From Candidatus Saccharimonadota bacterium (lineage in GTDB: Bacteria > Patescibacteriota > Saccharimonadia > CAILAD01 > BJGX01), in the NCBI GenBank assembly GCA_046350735.1, contig JAXLZU010000001.1, forward strand, positions 493,767-557,766: a stretch of DNA of 64,000 nt, read 5' to 3'. The notes below the pieces were generated by a model that had not been told where the DNA came from, did not search any database, and worked only from the letters and a program-made list of their open reading frames with translations. Shown here piece after piece: positions 28,803-38,743 of this stretch (position 1 is the first letter of the stretch; every line of letters starts with the position of its first letter). Made by a program: the position numbers and the translations under genes.

Positions 28803-28853
28803 ATCTACCTTAATTTATTCGTCGATAGTACCATAAAAAACTGCAAAAGTCTA

Positions 28854-29090
28854 TTATTTCTTCTTGTCAAAACGGGTTTGAATAGTGGTAATTGTATTTT
28901 CAGCTTTAGTTAAATAGTCTTGAAGTTCTTGAGCGAGTTGACTGGCTTCTTTAAATTGTGCAAGCGCCTTTTCAACATCGGTGTCTGTTTCGAGTGTTTG
29001 AGTAATCTCTTCTAATCGATGCATTTTCTCGGCAAAGTTAAAAGAGTCGTTCTTGTGGGTTTTTGCTAAGTTGTTTTTTGTCATTACCAA
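28854..29090 (-). CDS. xseB: Exodeoxyribonuclease VII small subunit
   Basis: 78 aa; helical LEEITQTLE...EKALAQFKEASQLAQELQDYL typical of XseB; overlaps and follows xseA. Confidence 0.8.
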   Translation of the reverse strand: MVMTKNNLAKTHKNDSFNFAEKMHRLEEITQTLETDTDVEKALAQFKEASQLAQELQDYLTKAENTITTIQTRFDKKK

Positions 29091-30243
29091 TTTTCTTTGC
29101 TGTTAATCTTCCTTTGGCTAATTGTATCATAAGCAGTGCATTATCTTCGACACTACGTGCATCTCGTATTAGTTGACCATCTAGAGTAACTATAGCGTAA
29201 CCACGCTTTAGTACCTTGGCTGGGTCGAGTGTCTGAACAAGTTCGAGCTGATGCTGTACGTGTAAACGTTGCTGCTGCAAATAGAGCTTTAGATTTGATG
29301 AAATTTGTACATATAATTCATTAACTTTTTGTTGGCTAGAAGCAATAAATCGTTTGTAAACCTGCTGAAATTCATTAAGTTCTGATTGTAAGCGTAATAC
29401 TTGTTCTAATAGACGGTTGCCACTTTGCATTAGGGTGTCGCTAAGAGACGAAATAACGGCATCTTTGTCTGGTACAAGTATTCTTGCAGCATCCGTGGGT
29501 GTTGCTGCACGTACATCCGCCACAAGTTCGCTAAGACAGGTATCAGTCTCATGTCCTATACCTACTAATGTAGGTATTTTGCTGGCGTATACTGCACGTA
29601 CAATCTCTTCGGTGTTAAATGCTTGCAAATCTTCAGCACTTCCACCACCTCGTATTATTACCAAGCAGTCATACCAATCACTATGCAAATTAAAGTATTC
29701 AATTGCTTTTACAATTTGTCCTGGTGCATCCACTCCCTGTACCTGAACTTGAGCATGATCTATTGTTACCCCTGCCCAACGGTCATTAAGTATCTTATTA
29801 AAATCGGCAAAAGCAGCAGCTTCGGCAGAAGTAATGAGTGCAATTCTTGTTGGATAATCTGGTAGCGGTCGTTTACGGTCTAGAGCAAAAAGCCCTTCTT
29901 GCTCGAATTGTAGACGAAGTTTCTCAAATGCCTTTTGTACGCTGCCTTGACCAGCCAACTCTACAGCGCGAACCGTTAGTGAAAACTTTCCCCACTTGGT
30001 AATATTCGGATAAGCCCTTATACGTACCAACATACCATCTTCGACAACGGTTTTAAGTTGATAGATAGGCATAAAACACGAGATGGTTGTCTCAGTGTCC
30101 TTTATATCAAAGAATACCCATTTGCCCTGGTTAACTTTGTAACTGGATACTTCGCCTTCAATAATGACTTCTGGGTAAGCATATTGTAGAGTTTGGGTTA
30201 TGAGTGCATGAAACTCAGTTACGGTTAAAATTTGCTCTTGCAT
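29038..30243 (-). CDS. xseA: Exodeoxyribonuclease VII large subunit
   Basis: N-terminal OB-fold (VIIEGEVSSYKVNQGKWVFFDIKD); catalytic core; C-terminal coiled-coil. Confidence 0.85.
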   Translation of the reverse strand: MQEQILTVTEFHALITQTLQYAYPEVIIEGEVSSYKVNQGKWVFFDIKDTETTISCFMPIYQLKTVVEDGMLVRIRAYPNITKWGKFSLTVRAVELAGQGSVQKAFEKLRLQFEQEGLFALDRKRPLPDYPTRIALITSAEAAAFADFNKILNDRWAGVTIDHAQVQVQGVDAPGQIVKAIEYFNLHSDWYDCLVIIRGGGSAEDLQAFNTEEIVRAVYASKIPTLVGIGHETDTCLSELVADVRAATPTDAARILVPDKDAVISSLSDTLMQSGNRLLEQVLRLQSELNEFQQVYKRFIASSQQKVNELYVQISSNLKLYLQQQRLHVQHQLELVQTLDPAKVLKRGYAIVTLDGQLIRDARSVEDNALLMIQLAKGRLTAKKIGNDKKQLSKNPQERLF

Positions 30244-31265
30244 TACTCTAACTGACTTTTCTTATTATCTGCTTCATCAATGGTAGTGTGTTTGTAAAAA
30301 AACAAACCAATCGGGAGAAATAACCATAATGCTATTACGCGATACACAATCGTCACTGAAAATGCCAAGTCAAAAGGTATGCCCAACCCAGTAAATGTGG
30401 CTATCATGCCTGCCTCATAGGCACCTACTCCAGCAGTAAATATCGATGCTAGAGAAGTAAGTGTAGCAATAACGTAGGCTGTCATTACTACTCCGGGGTT
30501 TACTAACTTACCAAATGCAAGAAAAACTACAAATATTGAGGCCATATCAAAGAATACCATGAGAAAAGCATAGCCAAACGGTCTGTGTAAGCTAGACCAA
30601 TTAAGCCGTAAGAAATCAATAGAGGTACGCAGCTCGCTATAGAATTTTTCGATACGCTTCTTGCCGTACGGGCGCTTTTTGGCACGGCGTAAAATAGCGT
30701 TAACTGGTCTGGCAAAGAAATAGGTAATTTCTTCTGTTAGTCCTTTGTTAAATAAAAAGATTGCCAGACTAATAGCAATAAACAATAGCACAAAGACAAT
30801 TACAAGTAACAATCGTGAGCTAATTCTGACTATTTGATTACTGAGCAGCAATAGAATAAAGCCAAGACCAAGCATAATAACATAACTGAGAGCGGTTAAA
30901 AGATACCAGACTAGCTGAGCTAATGTGCTATCGGGCTTTTCGATATCAGGTGCTAGTTGTTGAGTAAAGTAGGTAATACCAGAGATGCCCGCTGTCGGGA
31001 AAGCGATATTAACAAAGTTAAGAGTTGTTGTAGCCGAAAAAAGCGGGTTAAAACGCAGTTTTTTCTTAAATACTTCAAAGAATCGCTTAAAGTAGAGTGT
31101 ATTTGCCCAGTAATAACAGAATCGTAGTAAAACAACAAAAATTAATACCCACCAGTGAGTCTTCTTTAGTAAGGAGACAAAATTCTGAATTTGCCCGAAT
31201 TGCGCAACAATGATAATAATAACCAAAATAAGACCAACAAAAAATAAAAAGTGGCGCACTTTCAT
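30243..31265 (-). CDS. UPF0104/lysylphosphatidylglycerol-synthase-TM-region-like (flippase-like) membrane protein
   Basis: About 8 TM helices; pattern typical of the YbhN/MprF-TM family; no synthase domain. Confidence 0.5.
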   Translation of the reverse strand: MKVRHFLFFVGLILVIIIIVAQFGQIQNFVSLLKKTHWWVLIFVVLLRFCYYWANTLYFKRFFEVFKKKLRFNPLFSATTTLNFVNIAFPTAGISGITYFTQQLAPDIEKPDSTLAQLVWYLLTALSYVIMLGLGFILLLLSNQIVRISSRLLLVIVFVLLFIAISLAIFLFNKGLTEEITYFFARPVNAILRRAKKRPYGKKRIEKFYSELRTSIDFLRLNWSSLHRPFGYAFLMVFFDMASIFVVFLAFGKLVNPGVVMTAYVIATLTSLASIFTAGVGAYEAGMIATFTGLGIPFDLAFSVTIVYRVIALWLFLPIGLFFYKHTTIDEADNKKSQLE

Positions 31266-32486
31266 ATGCTAATTGTAGCCTATTGCCCACCTATAGGCCA
31301 ATTACCTGATTGGTTGTATAATAAAGTGATGTTTATTGCTATTACAGGCCGTGAAAGAGATCTTGCTAATGCCGAGTTAGAAACAGTCTTCGGGAAAATT
31401 ACTCCAGTTAATCTGAGTGTTGTAGCCCTGGAGATCGATCAAGCTACGATGGCTCATTTTGAGTATCTAGGTTTTTCAAAAAAGATAGCTAAAGTCTCAA
31501 AATCATCTGTTAATAAAGATTTGCTAGCCAATGAGATTGCCACAGCTATACGAGAAAACTCTAGTGGAAGTGGCAAATTGTCTTTCGGCATTAGTTGGCA
31601 TTGTGCCAGAGGTACAAATAAAGGTTATTATTTAAAATTGGCAAAAAACGTAAAAAAACTCATTCAAGAAGCTGGCCGATCGGCGAGATTTATTCAGCCA
31701 AAAGATGGCTTTGAGCTTAATGCCGCTCAAATTCACTTTAACAAACTAACAGACAAAGGTTGTGAGGTAATTCTGTTTGGTAGTGCAGATTCACCAGGTA
31801 TTGCAATTACCAAGTGGGCATTTAATCCAAGTGCATATTCGCATCGAGACTATGACAGGCCGGCAAGATCGGCCAAAGTAGGTATGTTTCCGCCCAAACT
31901 TGCTCAGGTACTTATTAATCTTTCAGACAGTGACTCTAGTACTCTTATTTGCGATCCTTTCTGTGGTAGCGGAGTTGTCTTACAAGAAGCTATATATGCC
32001 GGACATAATGTAGTTGGGTCAGATTCATCTGAAGAAATGATAGCAGCATCACAAAAAAATCTAGATTGGTTTTTGCAAGTATTTCGCTTGCAAAATACAT
32101 TTACCCTGTCCCAGAATGATGCGCGTAATTTTACTCCTCCAAGTCAACCATATGCTATCGTTACAGAAGGATATTTGGGCCCTGGACTTAGCGAAAAACC
32201 AACCGAAGCCTTACTAGGCCCAATAAAGTCTAATTTAGAGAAGCTGTATGTTAGTTTTTTAGCAAATGTAATTAATCTAGCAAATGCACCAAAGTCTATA
32301 GTTATAACCCTACCTTTTTGGCAAACTACTACAGGAATAAGTTACCTAAAAGTTATTGACCAAATTACTGACTTAGGCTATACTATAAGGCAGTTCAATT
32401 CAGTAGATTCAATACAATTGTTCTATCGAAGAAGTCAACAAATTGTTGGTAGACAGGTGTTAGTTCTCGAATTAAAAAAAGACTAA
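31251..32486 (+). CDS. SAM-dependent RNA methyltransferase (UPF0020/Trm14-RlmL-like, THUMP-associated)
   Basis: Motif I ICDPFCGSGVVLQEA; downstream acidic and aromatic motifs of N6A/N2G-type MTases. Confidence 0.55.
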   Translation: MAHFHMLIVAYCPPIGQLPDWLYNKVMFIAITGRERDLANAELETVFGKITPVNLSVVALEIDQATMAHFEYLGFSKKIAKVSKSSVNKDLLANEIATAIRENSSGSGKLSFGISWHCARGTNKGYYLKLAKNVKKLIQEAGRSARFIQPKDGFELNAAQIHFNKLTDKGCEVILFGSADSPGIAITKWAFNPSAYSHRDYDRPARSAKVGMFPPKLAQVLINLSDSDSSTLICDPFCGSGVVLQEAIYAGHNVVGSDSSEEMIAASQKNLDWFLQVFRLQNTFTLSQNDARNFTPPSQPYAIVTEGYLGPGLSEKPTEALLGPIKSNLEKLYVSFLANVINLANAPKSIVITLPFWQTTTGISYLKVIDQITDLGYTIRQFNSVDSIQLFYRRSQQIVGRQVLVLELKKD

Positions 32487-32501
32487 AGAGAAAAGGAAGT
32501 T

Positions 32502-32777
32502 ATGTCACATACTAAAGCCGGCGGTACTACTAAAAATGGACGCGATTCACAAAGTAAACGCCTTGGAAATAAATTATATGGTGGTCAAACCGTTAAAGCC
32601 GGCGGTATTATTGTACGTCAGCGAGGAACCAAGTTTGTGGCTGGTAAGGGTGTTGAATTAGGCAAAGATTATACTATTTTTGCTACTCAAGATGGTAGAG
32701 TTGAATATTCTCAAAAGAGAATTCGTAAATTTACTTCAGCAAAAAAATACAAAACAGTTGTCTCGGTAGTTGCCTAG
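32502..32777 (+). CDS. rpmA: 50S ribosomal protein L27
   Basis: [22 protein letters not shown]...[12 protein letters not shown] signature. Confidence 0.92.
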   Translation: MSHTKAGGTTKNGRDSQSKRLGNKLYGGQTVKAGGIIVRQRGTKFVAGKGVELGKDYTIFATQDGRVEYSQKRIRKFTSAKKYKTVVSVVA

Positions 32778-32800
32778 AAATCTCCTACAAAGTCTTATTT

Positions 32801-32850
32801 AACAAAACAGCCGTCTTATTAGGGGGCTGTTTTGTTATACATTGTTTTTG
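32801..32850 (+). terminator. Rho-independent terminator for rpmA (overlaps pyrG stop)
   Basis: Perfect 12-bp inverted repeat aacaaaacagcc / ggctgttttgtt (32801-32812 / 32825-32836) followed by a T-rich tract. Confidence 0.6.
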
Positions 32851-34465
32851 AATTAGTTTGCGATCGGCTATAATGAGTGGCCGCACCAATAAAATCACGA
32901 AATAGCGGATGTGCCCTATTAGGTCGTGATTTAAATTCAGGATGAAACTGACTTGCAACAAAAAATGGATGATTTTTGAGTTCGATTATCTCTACTAATG
33001 TACCATCTGGGCTTAAACCACTAATGATCAGGCCATTTTTTTGTAATACTTCACGATAATCATTGTTAAATTCATACCGATGACGATGACGTTCGACAAT
33101 GTTCTGAGTACCATATGCCAAATATGCTCGAGATTGTTTTGTGAGTTTGGTAGGATAATCTCCAAGTCGCATTGTGCCACCCATATCTACACCTATCTGG
33201 TCTGGCATAATATGTACTACAGGGTGTGCAACATTAGGGTCTATTTCTGCCGAATTGGCGGCTTTGGTTTTTAGTACTTCTCGAGCAAATTCAATGACTG
33301 CTACTTGCATTCCTAGGCAAATACCCAGATATGGCACATTATTTTTACGAGCAAAGCGTGCAGCAGCAATTTTACCTTCTACTCCACGACTTCCAAAACC
33401 TCCCGGCACCAAAATGCCCTGTACTTCCGCTAATTCTTTCTCAATATAATGTACATTTTCTGCATTTATCCAGCGAATCATTACTTTTATATTATGATGC
33501 CAACCGGCAGCTCTGAGTGATTCAAAGATACTCATATAGGTGTCCTCGTGGTTCATATACTTGGCAATTACCCCAATATTGACAGTTTTGTCGACAGATT
33601 TTATTTTATCGACCAAATGGCTCCACTCGGCTAATTTGGCCTTGCGCTTAGGCAAATGTAAATGTTTACAGATATAATCTGCAATACCTGTTTCTTCCAT
33701 TCGCAAAGGCACTTCGTAGACCGTCTCAGCTGTCTCTAACCCTACTATCGCCTCTTTGGTTACATCGCAGTACAAACTCATCTTATCGAGCCCCTCGGCA
33801 TTGAGAGGGTGATCTGAGCGAACAAACAAGACATTAGGAGAAATACCTGCCTCACGAAGATCGCGCACACTATTTTGGGCTGGCTTAGTCTTAATTTCTT
33901 TACTAGCTTGCAAGTATGGTAAAAATACCAAGTGAGCATATAATACATTTTCTTCTCCAACCAAACGCTTCATTTGCCGTATAGCCTCAATAAAGGCCAT
34001 CGCTTCATAGTCACCCACCGTACCCCCAATTTCGACAATATGAATATCAAACTTTTTACCTGCTTCAATAATTCGGCGGTGAATTTCTGAGGTAACATGT
34101 GGAATTATTTGTACAGTTTTGCCTAGATAGAGACCTTTGCGTTCATTAGCAATTACTTGCGAATATATCTGTCCTGAGATGGTTGAGCTACTGCGTTCTA
34201 ACTCTTTATCGATAAATCGTTCGTAATGCCCAAGATCTAAATCGGTCTCTGCTCCATCGCGGGTAACAAAAACTTCACCATGTTCTGCTGGATTAAGCGT
34301 ACCGGCATCCGTGTTAAGATATGGGTCGCATTTTTGCATATTAACAGAAAAGCCTCGGGCTTTTAGAATTTTGCCGAGACTTGCTGCGGTGATACCTTTA
34401 CCGAGTCCAGAAACAACACCACCTGTTACAAAGATATATTTTGTCTTGGTCTTATTAGCTGACAT
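32819..34465 (-). CDS. pyrG: CTP synthase
   Basis: N-terminal KYIFVTGGVVSGLGKGI; GATase C-terminal domain with GICLGMQ catalytic Cys motif. Confidence 0.93.
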   Translation of the reverse strand: MSANKTKTKYIFVTGGVVSGLGKGITAASLGKILKARGFSVNMQKCDPYLNTDAGTLNPAEHGEVFVTRDGAETDLDLGHYERFIDKELERSSSTISGQIYSQVIANERKGLYLGKTVQIIPHVTSEIHRRIIEAGKKFDIHIVEIGGTVGDYEAMAFIEAIRQMKRLVGEENVLYAHLVFLPYLQASKEIKTKPAQNSVRDLREAGISPNVLFVRSDHPLNAEGLDKMSLYCDVTKEAIVGLETAETVYEVPLRMEETGIADYICKHLHLPKRKAKLAEWSHLVDKIKSVDKTVNIGVIAKYMNHEDTYMSIFESLRAAGWHHNIKVMIRWINAENVHYIEKELAEVQGILVPGGFGSRGVEGKIAAARFARKNNVPYLGICLGMQVAVIEFAREVLKTKAANSAEIDPNVAHPVVHIMPDQIGVDMGGTMRLGDYPTKLTKQSRAYLAYGTQNIVERHRHRYEFNNDYREVLQKNGLIISGLSPDGTLVEIIELKNHPFFVASQFHPEFKSRPNRAHPLFRDFIGAATHYSRSQTNSKTMYNKTAP

Positions 34466-34570
34466 AGTATTACCTCTCCCCTTTTAACTCAATTACTATT
34501 AATCATAATACTTGTGGTAGTGGAGGAGCAAGACAAAAAATGTAGTATTTTTTACACTTAGTACTAATTC

Positions 34571-35827
34571 TTATTGTGAAAGCTTTTGTTTGGCAACTTC
34601 TAACGCCTTATCGAGCTGTGGATCGCGACCAGCATTAATATCCTCAGATGTAATCTTAACTTCAACATCGGGCTTAATACCTTCTTTGCTAATATTAATG
34701 CCATTTGGTGTATACCAGTGTGCAACTGTTACTTTTAAGGCATCGTCTGCGCAACTAGATGAGAAGTTAAAGCCACTTAGACAGATAATTTCTTGTACAG
34801 AGCCTTTGCCAAAGGTCTTTTCGCCAACTAATGTTGCTCGATTATTGTCGTGCAGAGCACCTGCCATAATTTCTGATGCAGACGCAGAGCCACCATCTAC
34901 CAGCATCACAACAGGTATAGTTGTCATTTGCCCACCAGGTACAGCGTTAAATTTCTTGTTTTCGCCCTTGCGAGACCGCTCTTCTACAACAGTGCCAGAG
35001 CTCATAAATTGCGAGCTTATCTGTACTGCTCCATCGAGATAGCCACCAGGGTTGCCCCTGACGTCGATAATAACTGCTTTTGCACCCTGACTTTTGAGGT
35101 TTGTGATGGCATTTTCTACATCAGCAATTGTGTTTTGGCCAAATTCACTAATTTTAATGTAACCAATTTGCCCTGGCTTCATTTCGCTTTTTACACTAGG
35201 TACAGTAATGTCGGCACGGGTAATTGTGTACTCTTTAGGCTCGGCCCCTGCTCTGACAATTCCTAGTTTTACAGTTGTATCTTTTTGGCCGCGAATTTTT
35301 GTTACCGCCTCATCTATTGTCATCTTAGAAGTATCTGAACCATCTATTGTAGCAATAATATCTCCCGGCTTAAGACCGGCAGTTGCTGCTGGCGTACCCT
35401 CTATTGGTGCAATTACAGTAAGATGATTATTCTTTATGCCTACCTCTATACCAATGCCACTTAGCTTGCCTTTTAGCTGATCAGCTAGTTCTTGATTGGC
35501 TTTTTTATCGAGATAAACGGTGTAAGGATCGCCCAGTGAAGCAACCATACCGGTAATAGCACCTTCTGCTTGTTTTTTGGGGTCTATATCTCCATCAAAT
35601 TTCTGTTTGAGTAGAGTATTTACTTGCCAAAACTTGGTTAAATCTATAGGTTGTTGGTTAGCACCACCCGGCCCAAAGGTTATCTTGGCACCGAAGGCGT
35701 TAAAGCCAAAGCCAAGTGCAAAGAAAATTGCACCTACCACAATAAATTGCCAGGCTGGCGATATTTGCCGGCGAGGTTTTTTGGGGATAGAAGTAGATTG
35801 ATTATCTGAAGAGTTTGGATTTTCCAA
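34571..35827 (-). CDS. Carboxyl-terminal processing protease (peptidase S41) with PDZ domain
   Basis: TM anchor; PDZ (GLKPGDIIATIDG); catalytic GGSASASEI Ser and K in TFGKGSVQ. Confidence 0.85.
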   Translation of the reverse strand: MENPNSSDNQSTSIPKKPRRQISPAWQFIVVGAIFFALGFGFNAFGAKITFGPGGANQQPIDLTKFWQVNTLLKQKFDGDIDPKKQAEGAITGMVASLGDPYTVYLDKKANQELADQLKGKLSGIGIEVGIKNNHLTVIAPIEGTPAATAGLKPGDIIATIDGSDTSKMTIDEAVTKIRGQKDTTVKLGIVRAGAEPKEYTITRADITVPSVKSEMKPGQIGYIKISEFGQNTIADVENAITNLKSQGAKAVIIDVRGNPGGYLDGAVQISSQFMSSGTVVEERSRKGENKKFNAVPGGQMTTIPVVMLVDGGSASASEIMAGALHDNNRATLVGEKTFGKGSVQEIICLSGFNFSSSCADDALKVTVAHWYTPNGINISKEGIKPDVEVKITSEDINAGRDPQLDKALEVAKQKLSQ

Positions 35828-35835
35828 AATATTTC

Positions 35836-36978
35836 CTAAAAGTGGATAAACTGTAAGCCAGCTATAGAAACATCACTGGTGGAGTATTGACCATCCCAAT
35901 TTGCGTTATATTGACTAACGTGTACCTTGCCACCATTAACCGATTCAACATACATTGCATGGCCAAAACTACCCGCCATAGAGATTGCTACGTCTCCAGG
36001 CCGCGGATTACCATCAACAGGTATACCAGCCGCACGAGCATTACCAGGCCATTGATAGGCATTTCCTCTACCACCCCAATATGGCATATGTCGTCCGCTC
36101 GAAGCAACCTTCCAGGCTGTATAACTTACACACTGACGTTGATACATGCCCCATGGGTCAGCGATACTGTTTGGAAAAGGAGCTCCTGCCCAGGGATAAC
36201 CACCACTACCACCGTAATGTACATTACTCGAGAATGAGGCAATAATTGCGGCTTGTTGTCTACGTAAATCTGCTATTTTGGCATTATCTTGATCGGCTAG
36301 TTTACGATAGTTAGCCTCATCACCCTGTGTTTGTGCTAATAGGCTCTGTTGTTCAGCCTTTTTAGCATTAATCCCAGCCACAACGCTTACTTGTTGGTTA
36401 GATTGTGCATCGAGCTGGTCTTTTTTATTTCCTAGTTCTTTCTTAAGACTATCGATTTTCTTTAAATTATCATCAATTTTCTGTTTTATTGCACTTAGAT
36501 ATTCTTGCTGAGCAACAAAATCGCTTAGATCTCTAGAAGAAGCAACTACCTCTATAGGCGAAACATCCCCTTGCTTATAAATTGTTCGTAAATTATCTTT
36601 GAGAATTGCTTTTTGATGATCAAGCTCCTTGTTGGCAGCATCAATTCTGGCTTGAGTTTGTTTAATTTCTAGATTAGTCAAATCTAGCTGATGTTGAGCA
36701 GCATCAATTTCAGCTTGGATACCAGCGATTTTTCCTTTTAACGTATTGGCGTCGGCAGCCTTGGCGTCTGCAGCAGCCTGCGTAGCCTGGACTTGTTTTT
36801 TTAGTGCAGCGATCTGCGCATCAAACTGATCAGCTTTGGCAGGACGGCTATATACCGTAAGAACAGACAGCAATACAGCAATCATTCCAATTGCTGCAAA
36901 TGCTTTTGTTTTTGTAATCTTTAGCTGATATTTAGTTGTTTTCTGCGATTTTGTGTGAATAATCACTATATCTGTCAC
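35836..36978 (-). CDS. PcsB-like peptidoglycan hydrolase: signal/TM anchor + long coiled-coil + C-terminal CHAP domain
   Basis: About 230 aa coiled-coil; C-terminal CHAP with catalytic Cys (QCVSYTAWKV) and His (GHAMYVESV). Directly upstream of ftsX-ftsE. Confidence 0.7.
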   Translation of the reverse strand: MTDIVIIHTKSQKTTKYQLKITKTKAFAAIGMIAVLLSVLTVYSRPAKADQFDAQIAALKKQVQATQAAADAKAADANTLKGKIAGIQAEIDAAQHQLDLTNLEIKQTQARIDAANKELDHQKAILKDNLRTIYKQGDVSPIEVVASSRDLSDFVAQQEYLSAIKQKIDDNLKKIDSLKKELGNKKDQLDAQSNQQVSVVAGINAKKAEQQSLLAQTQGDEANYRKLADQDNAKIADLRRQQAAIIASFSSNVHYGGSGGYPWAGAPFPNSIADPWGMYQRQCVSYTAWKVASSGRHMPYWGGRGNAYQWPGNARAAGIPVDGNPRPGDVAISMAGSFGHAMYVESVNGGKVHVSQYNANWDGQYSTSDVSIAGLQFIHF

Positions 36979-37077
36979 CCTCCTTTGACATTGACTTATA
37001 GTATACCAAGTATAATGCTTATGTTCAAGCCGTTAGAGTTTTTTCTATCGGACTTCAGGTTCTGTAGCTATAATTGT

Positions 37078-37992
37078 TTACAATTTTAGATAGCGCATTA
37101 ATGCCAACCAGCTACTGACTACCCCAATAAATACACCTACTACCAACATACTAAGTGCTATTAGACCAAAATGCGCACCAAAGTACTCAAGTGTAGGCCC
37201 GGCACCAAGCTTGTCAATAAGAAATGGCCCTATTCCTCGGCTGAATGGCACTAACAGGACAAGAGCAATTATTGTACCAAATACGCCATACAGGGTTCCT
37301 TCTACCAAGAAAGGTCCGCGTATAAACCACTTGGTTGCACCAACGAGCTTCATAATTTCTACTTCTTCGCGACGTGTAAATATAGCCATTCTAATTGTAT
37401 TAAAAATAATCAGTAGAGCAATTACTAAGAATACTACACTTAGTGCTAAGCCAATCTTGCTTACTGCATTACTTATTTTAATAACATTCTCTACTACCCC
37501 CTGTCGGTTTTCATCACGATTATCAAAACTAGTATCGGTAATTATTTTTGATTCCTCTAAGCCTTTAATATCGCTATTCGTCTGACCAATAAGATCTATA
37601 TTAGTTAGTTTTACTTCAAAACTCGCCGGCAAAGGGTTGCCAATACTTTGAGCAGATTGAGCAAGCTTCTCACCCTCAGAGCTACTGTTAGAAAGTTTAT
37701 TTAAAGCATCGGCTTTTGAAACATAATCTACAGACTTTACGTTAGATAAGGTATTTATCTTACTCTGCAGGGCTTGTATCTGGTCAGCCGTTGCATCGTC
37801 AGAAATAAAAATACTAAGGTCTATCTTCTGACGCACCTGGGCAACTTGCTTTCGCACAAAAATTGTCGAAAAAGCAAAAAACGTCATTATAAGTAGTGTA
37901 ACTACCATAATTGCAGTGGCGGCAGTACTTAGCCAGGCATTGCGAAAGATATTGCGAAATCCAGTCCGCCAAATGCGCCAAAATGTAATCAT
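37078..37992 (-). CDS. ftsX: Cell division permease FtsX
   Basis: 4 TM helices with a large extracytoplasmic loop between TM1 and TM2; overlaps ftsE stop. Confidence 0.8.
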   Translation of the reverse strand: MITFWRIWRTGFRNIFRNAWLSTAATAIMVVTLLIMTFFAFSTIFVRKQVAQVRQKIDLSIFISDDATADQIQALQSKINTLSNVKSVDYVSKADALNKLSNSSSEGEKLAQSAQSIGNPLPASFEVKLTNIDLIGQTNSDIKGLEESKIITDTSFDNRDENRQGVVENVIKISNAVSKIGLALSVVFLVIALLIIFNTIRMAIFTRREEVEIMKLVGATKWFIRGPFLVEGTLYGVFGTIIALVLLVPFSRGIGPFLIDKLGAGPTLEYFGAHFGLIALSMLVVGVFIGVVSSWLALMRYLKL

Positions 37993-38669
37993 AGCGAGTA
38001 CTTTCCTATCTTCTCATCTTTTACTACACGTCCACGATTTATAGTAATTACCCGTTTCTTAAGAGCATCGACAATTTCTTTATTATGAGTGGTAAGAACT
38101 ACGGTAGTACCAAAGCGGTTAATCTTTAGCAGTAACTCAATAATATCCCATGAATTTTTAGGGTCTAAATTGCCAGTTGGCTCATCTGCTATGAGTATTT
38201 TTGGGTTACGCACCAGGGCGCGGGCAATTGCGGTGCGTTGCTTTTCGCCACCAGAAAGCTCACTCGGGTAATTGTGCATTTTCTCAGACAGGCCAACGAG
38301 TTGTAGTATCTTAGGGACAGCGCGTTTTATTTCGCTCGTCTTTACTCCTGAGACTTCTAATGCAAAAGCCACATTTTCGTATACTGTAAGGTTAGGTAAT
38401 AATTTAAAATCTTGAAACACCACCCCAATGCGTCGACGTAAATGAGGAATGTTAGCTTTGTCAATCGTATCGTAATCTATAGAACCAACAATAATCTTAC
38501 CCGAAGTAGGTACTTCTTCTTTAATTAAAAGCCGTATAAGGGTTGATTTGCCGGCACCTGAGGAACCGACAATTGTTACAAATTCTTTGGGGTTGATGTG
38601 AAGCGAGATTCCAGAGAGTGCTACCGTTTTGTTCGGATACATCACTGTCACTCGATCGAGCAATATCAT
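37989..38669 (-). CDS. ftsE: Cell division ATP-binding protein FtsE
   Basis: Walker A GSSGAGKST; ABC signature LSGGEKQR; Walker B ILIADEPT. Confidence 0.85.
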   Translation of the reverse strand: MILLDRVTVMYPNKTVALSGISLHINPKEFVTIVGSSGAGKSTLIRLLIKEEVPTSGKIIVGSIDYDTIDKANIPHLRRRIGVVFQDFKLLPNLTVYENVAFALEVSGVKTSEIKRAVPKILQLVGLSEKMHNYPSELSGGEKQRTAIARALVRNPKILIADEPTGNLDPKNSWDIIELLLKINRFGTTVVLTTHNKEIVDALKKRVITINRGRVVKDEKIGKYSL

Positions 38670-38743
38670 ATTGTCTTATTGTAACAGAAAAACCCTTGTC
38701 CTTTCAAAGCACAATTTAATCTTTTTGTTGTTACAATAGAGAA

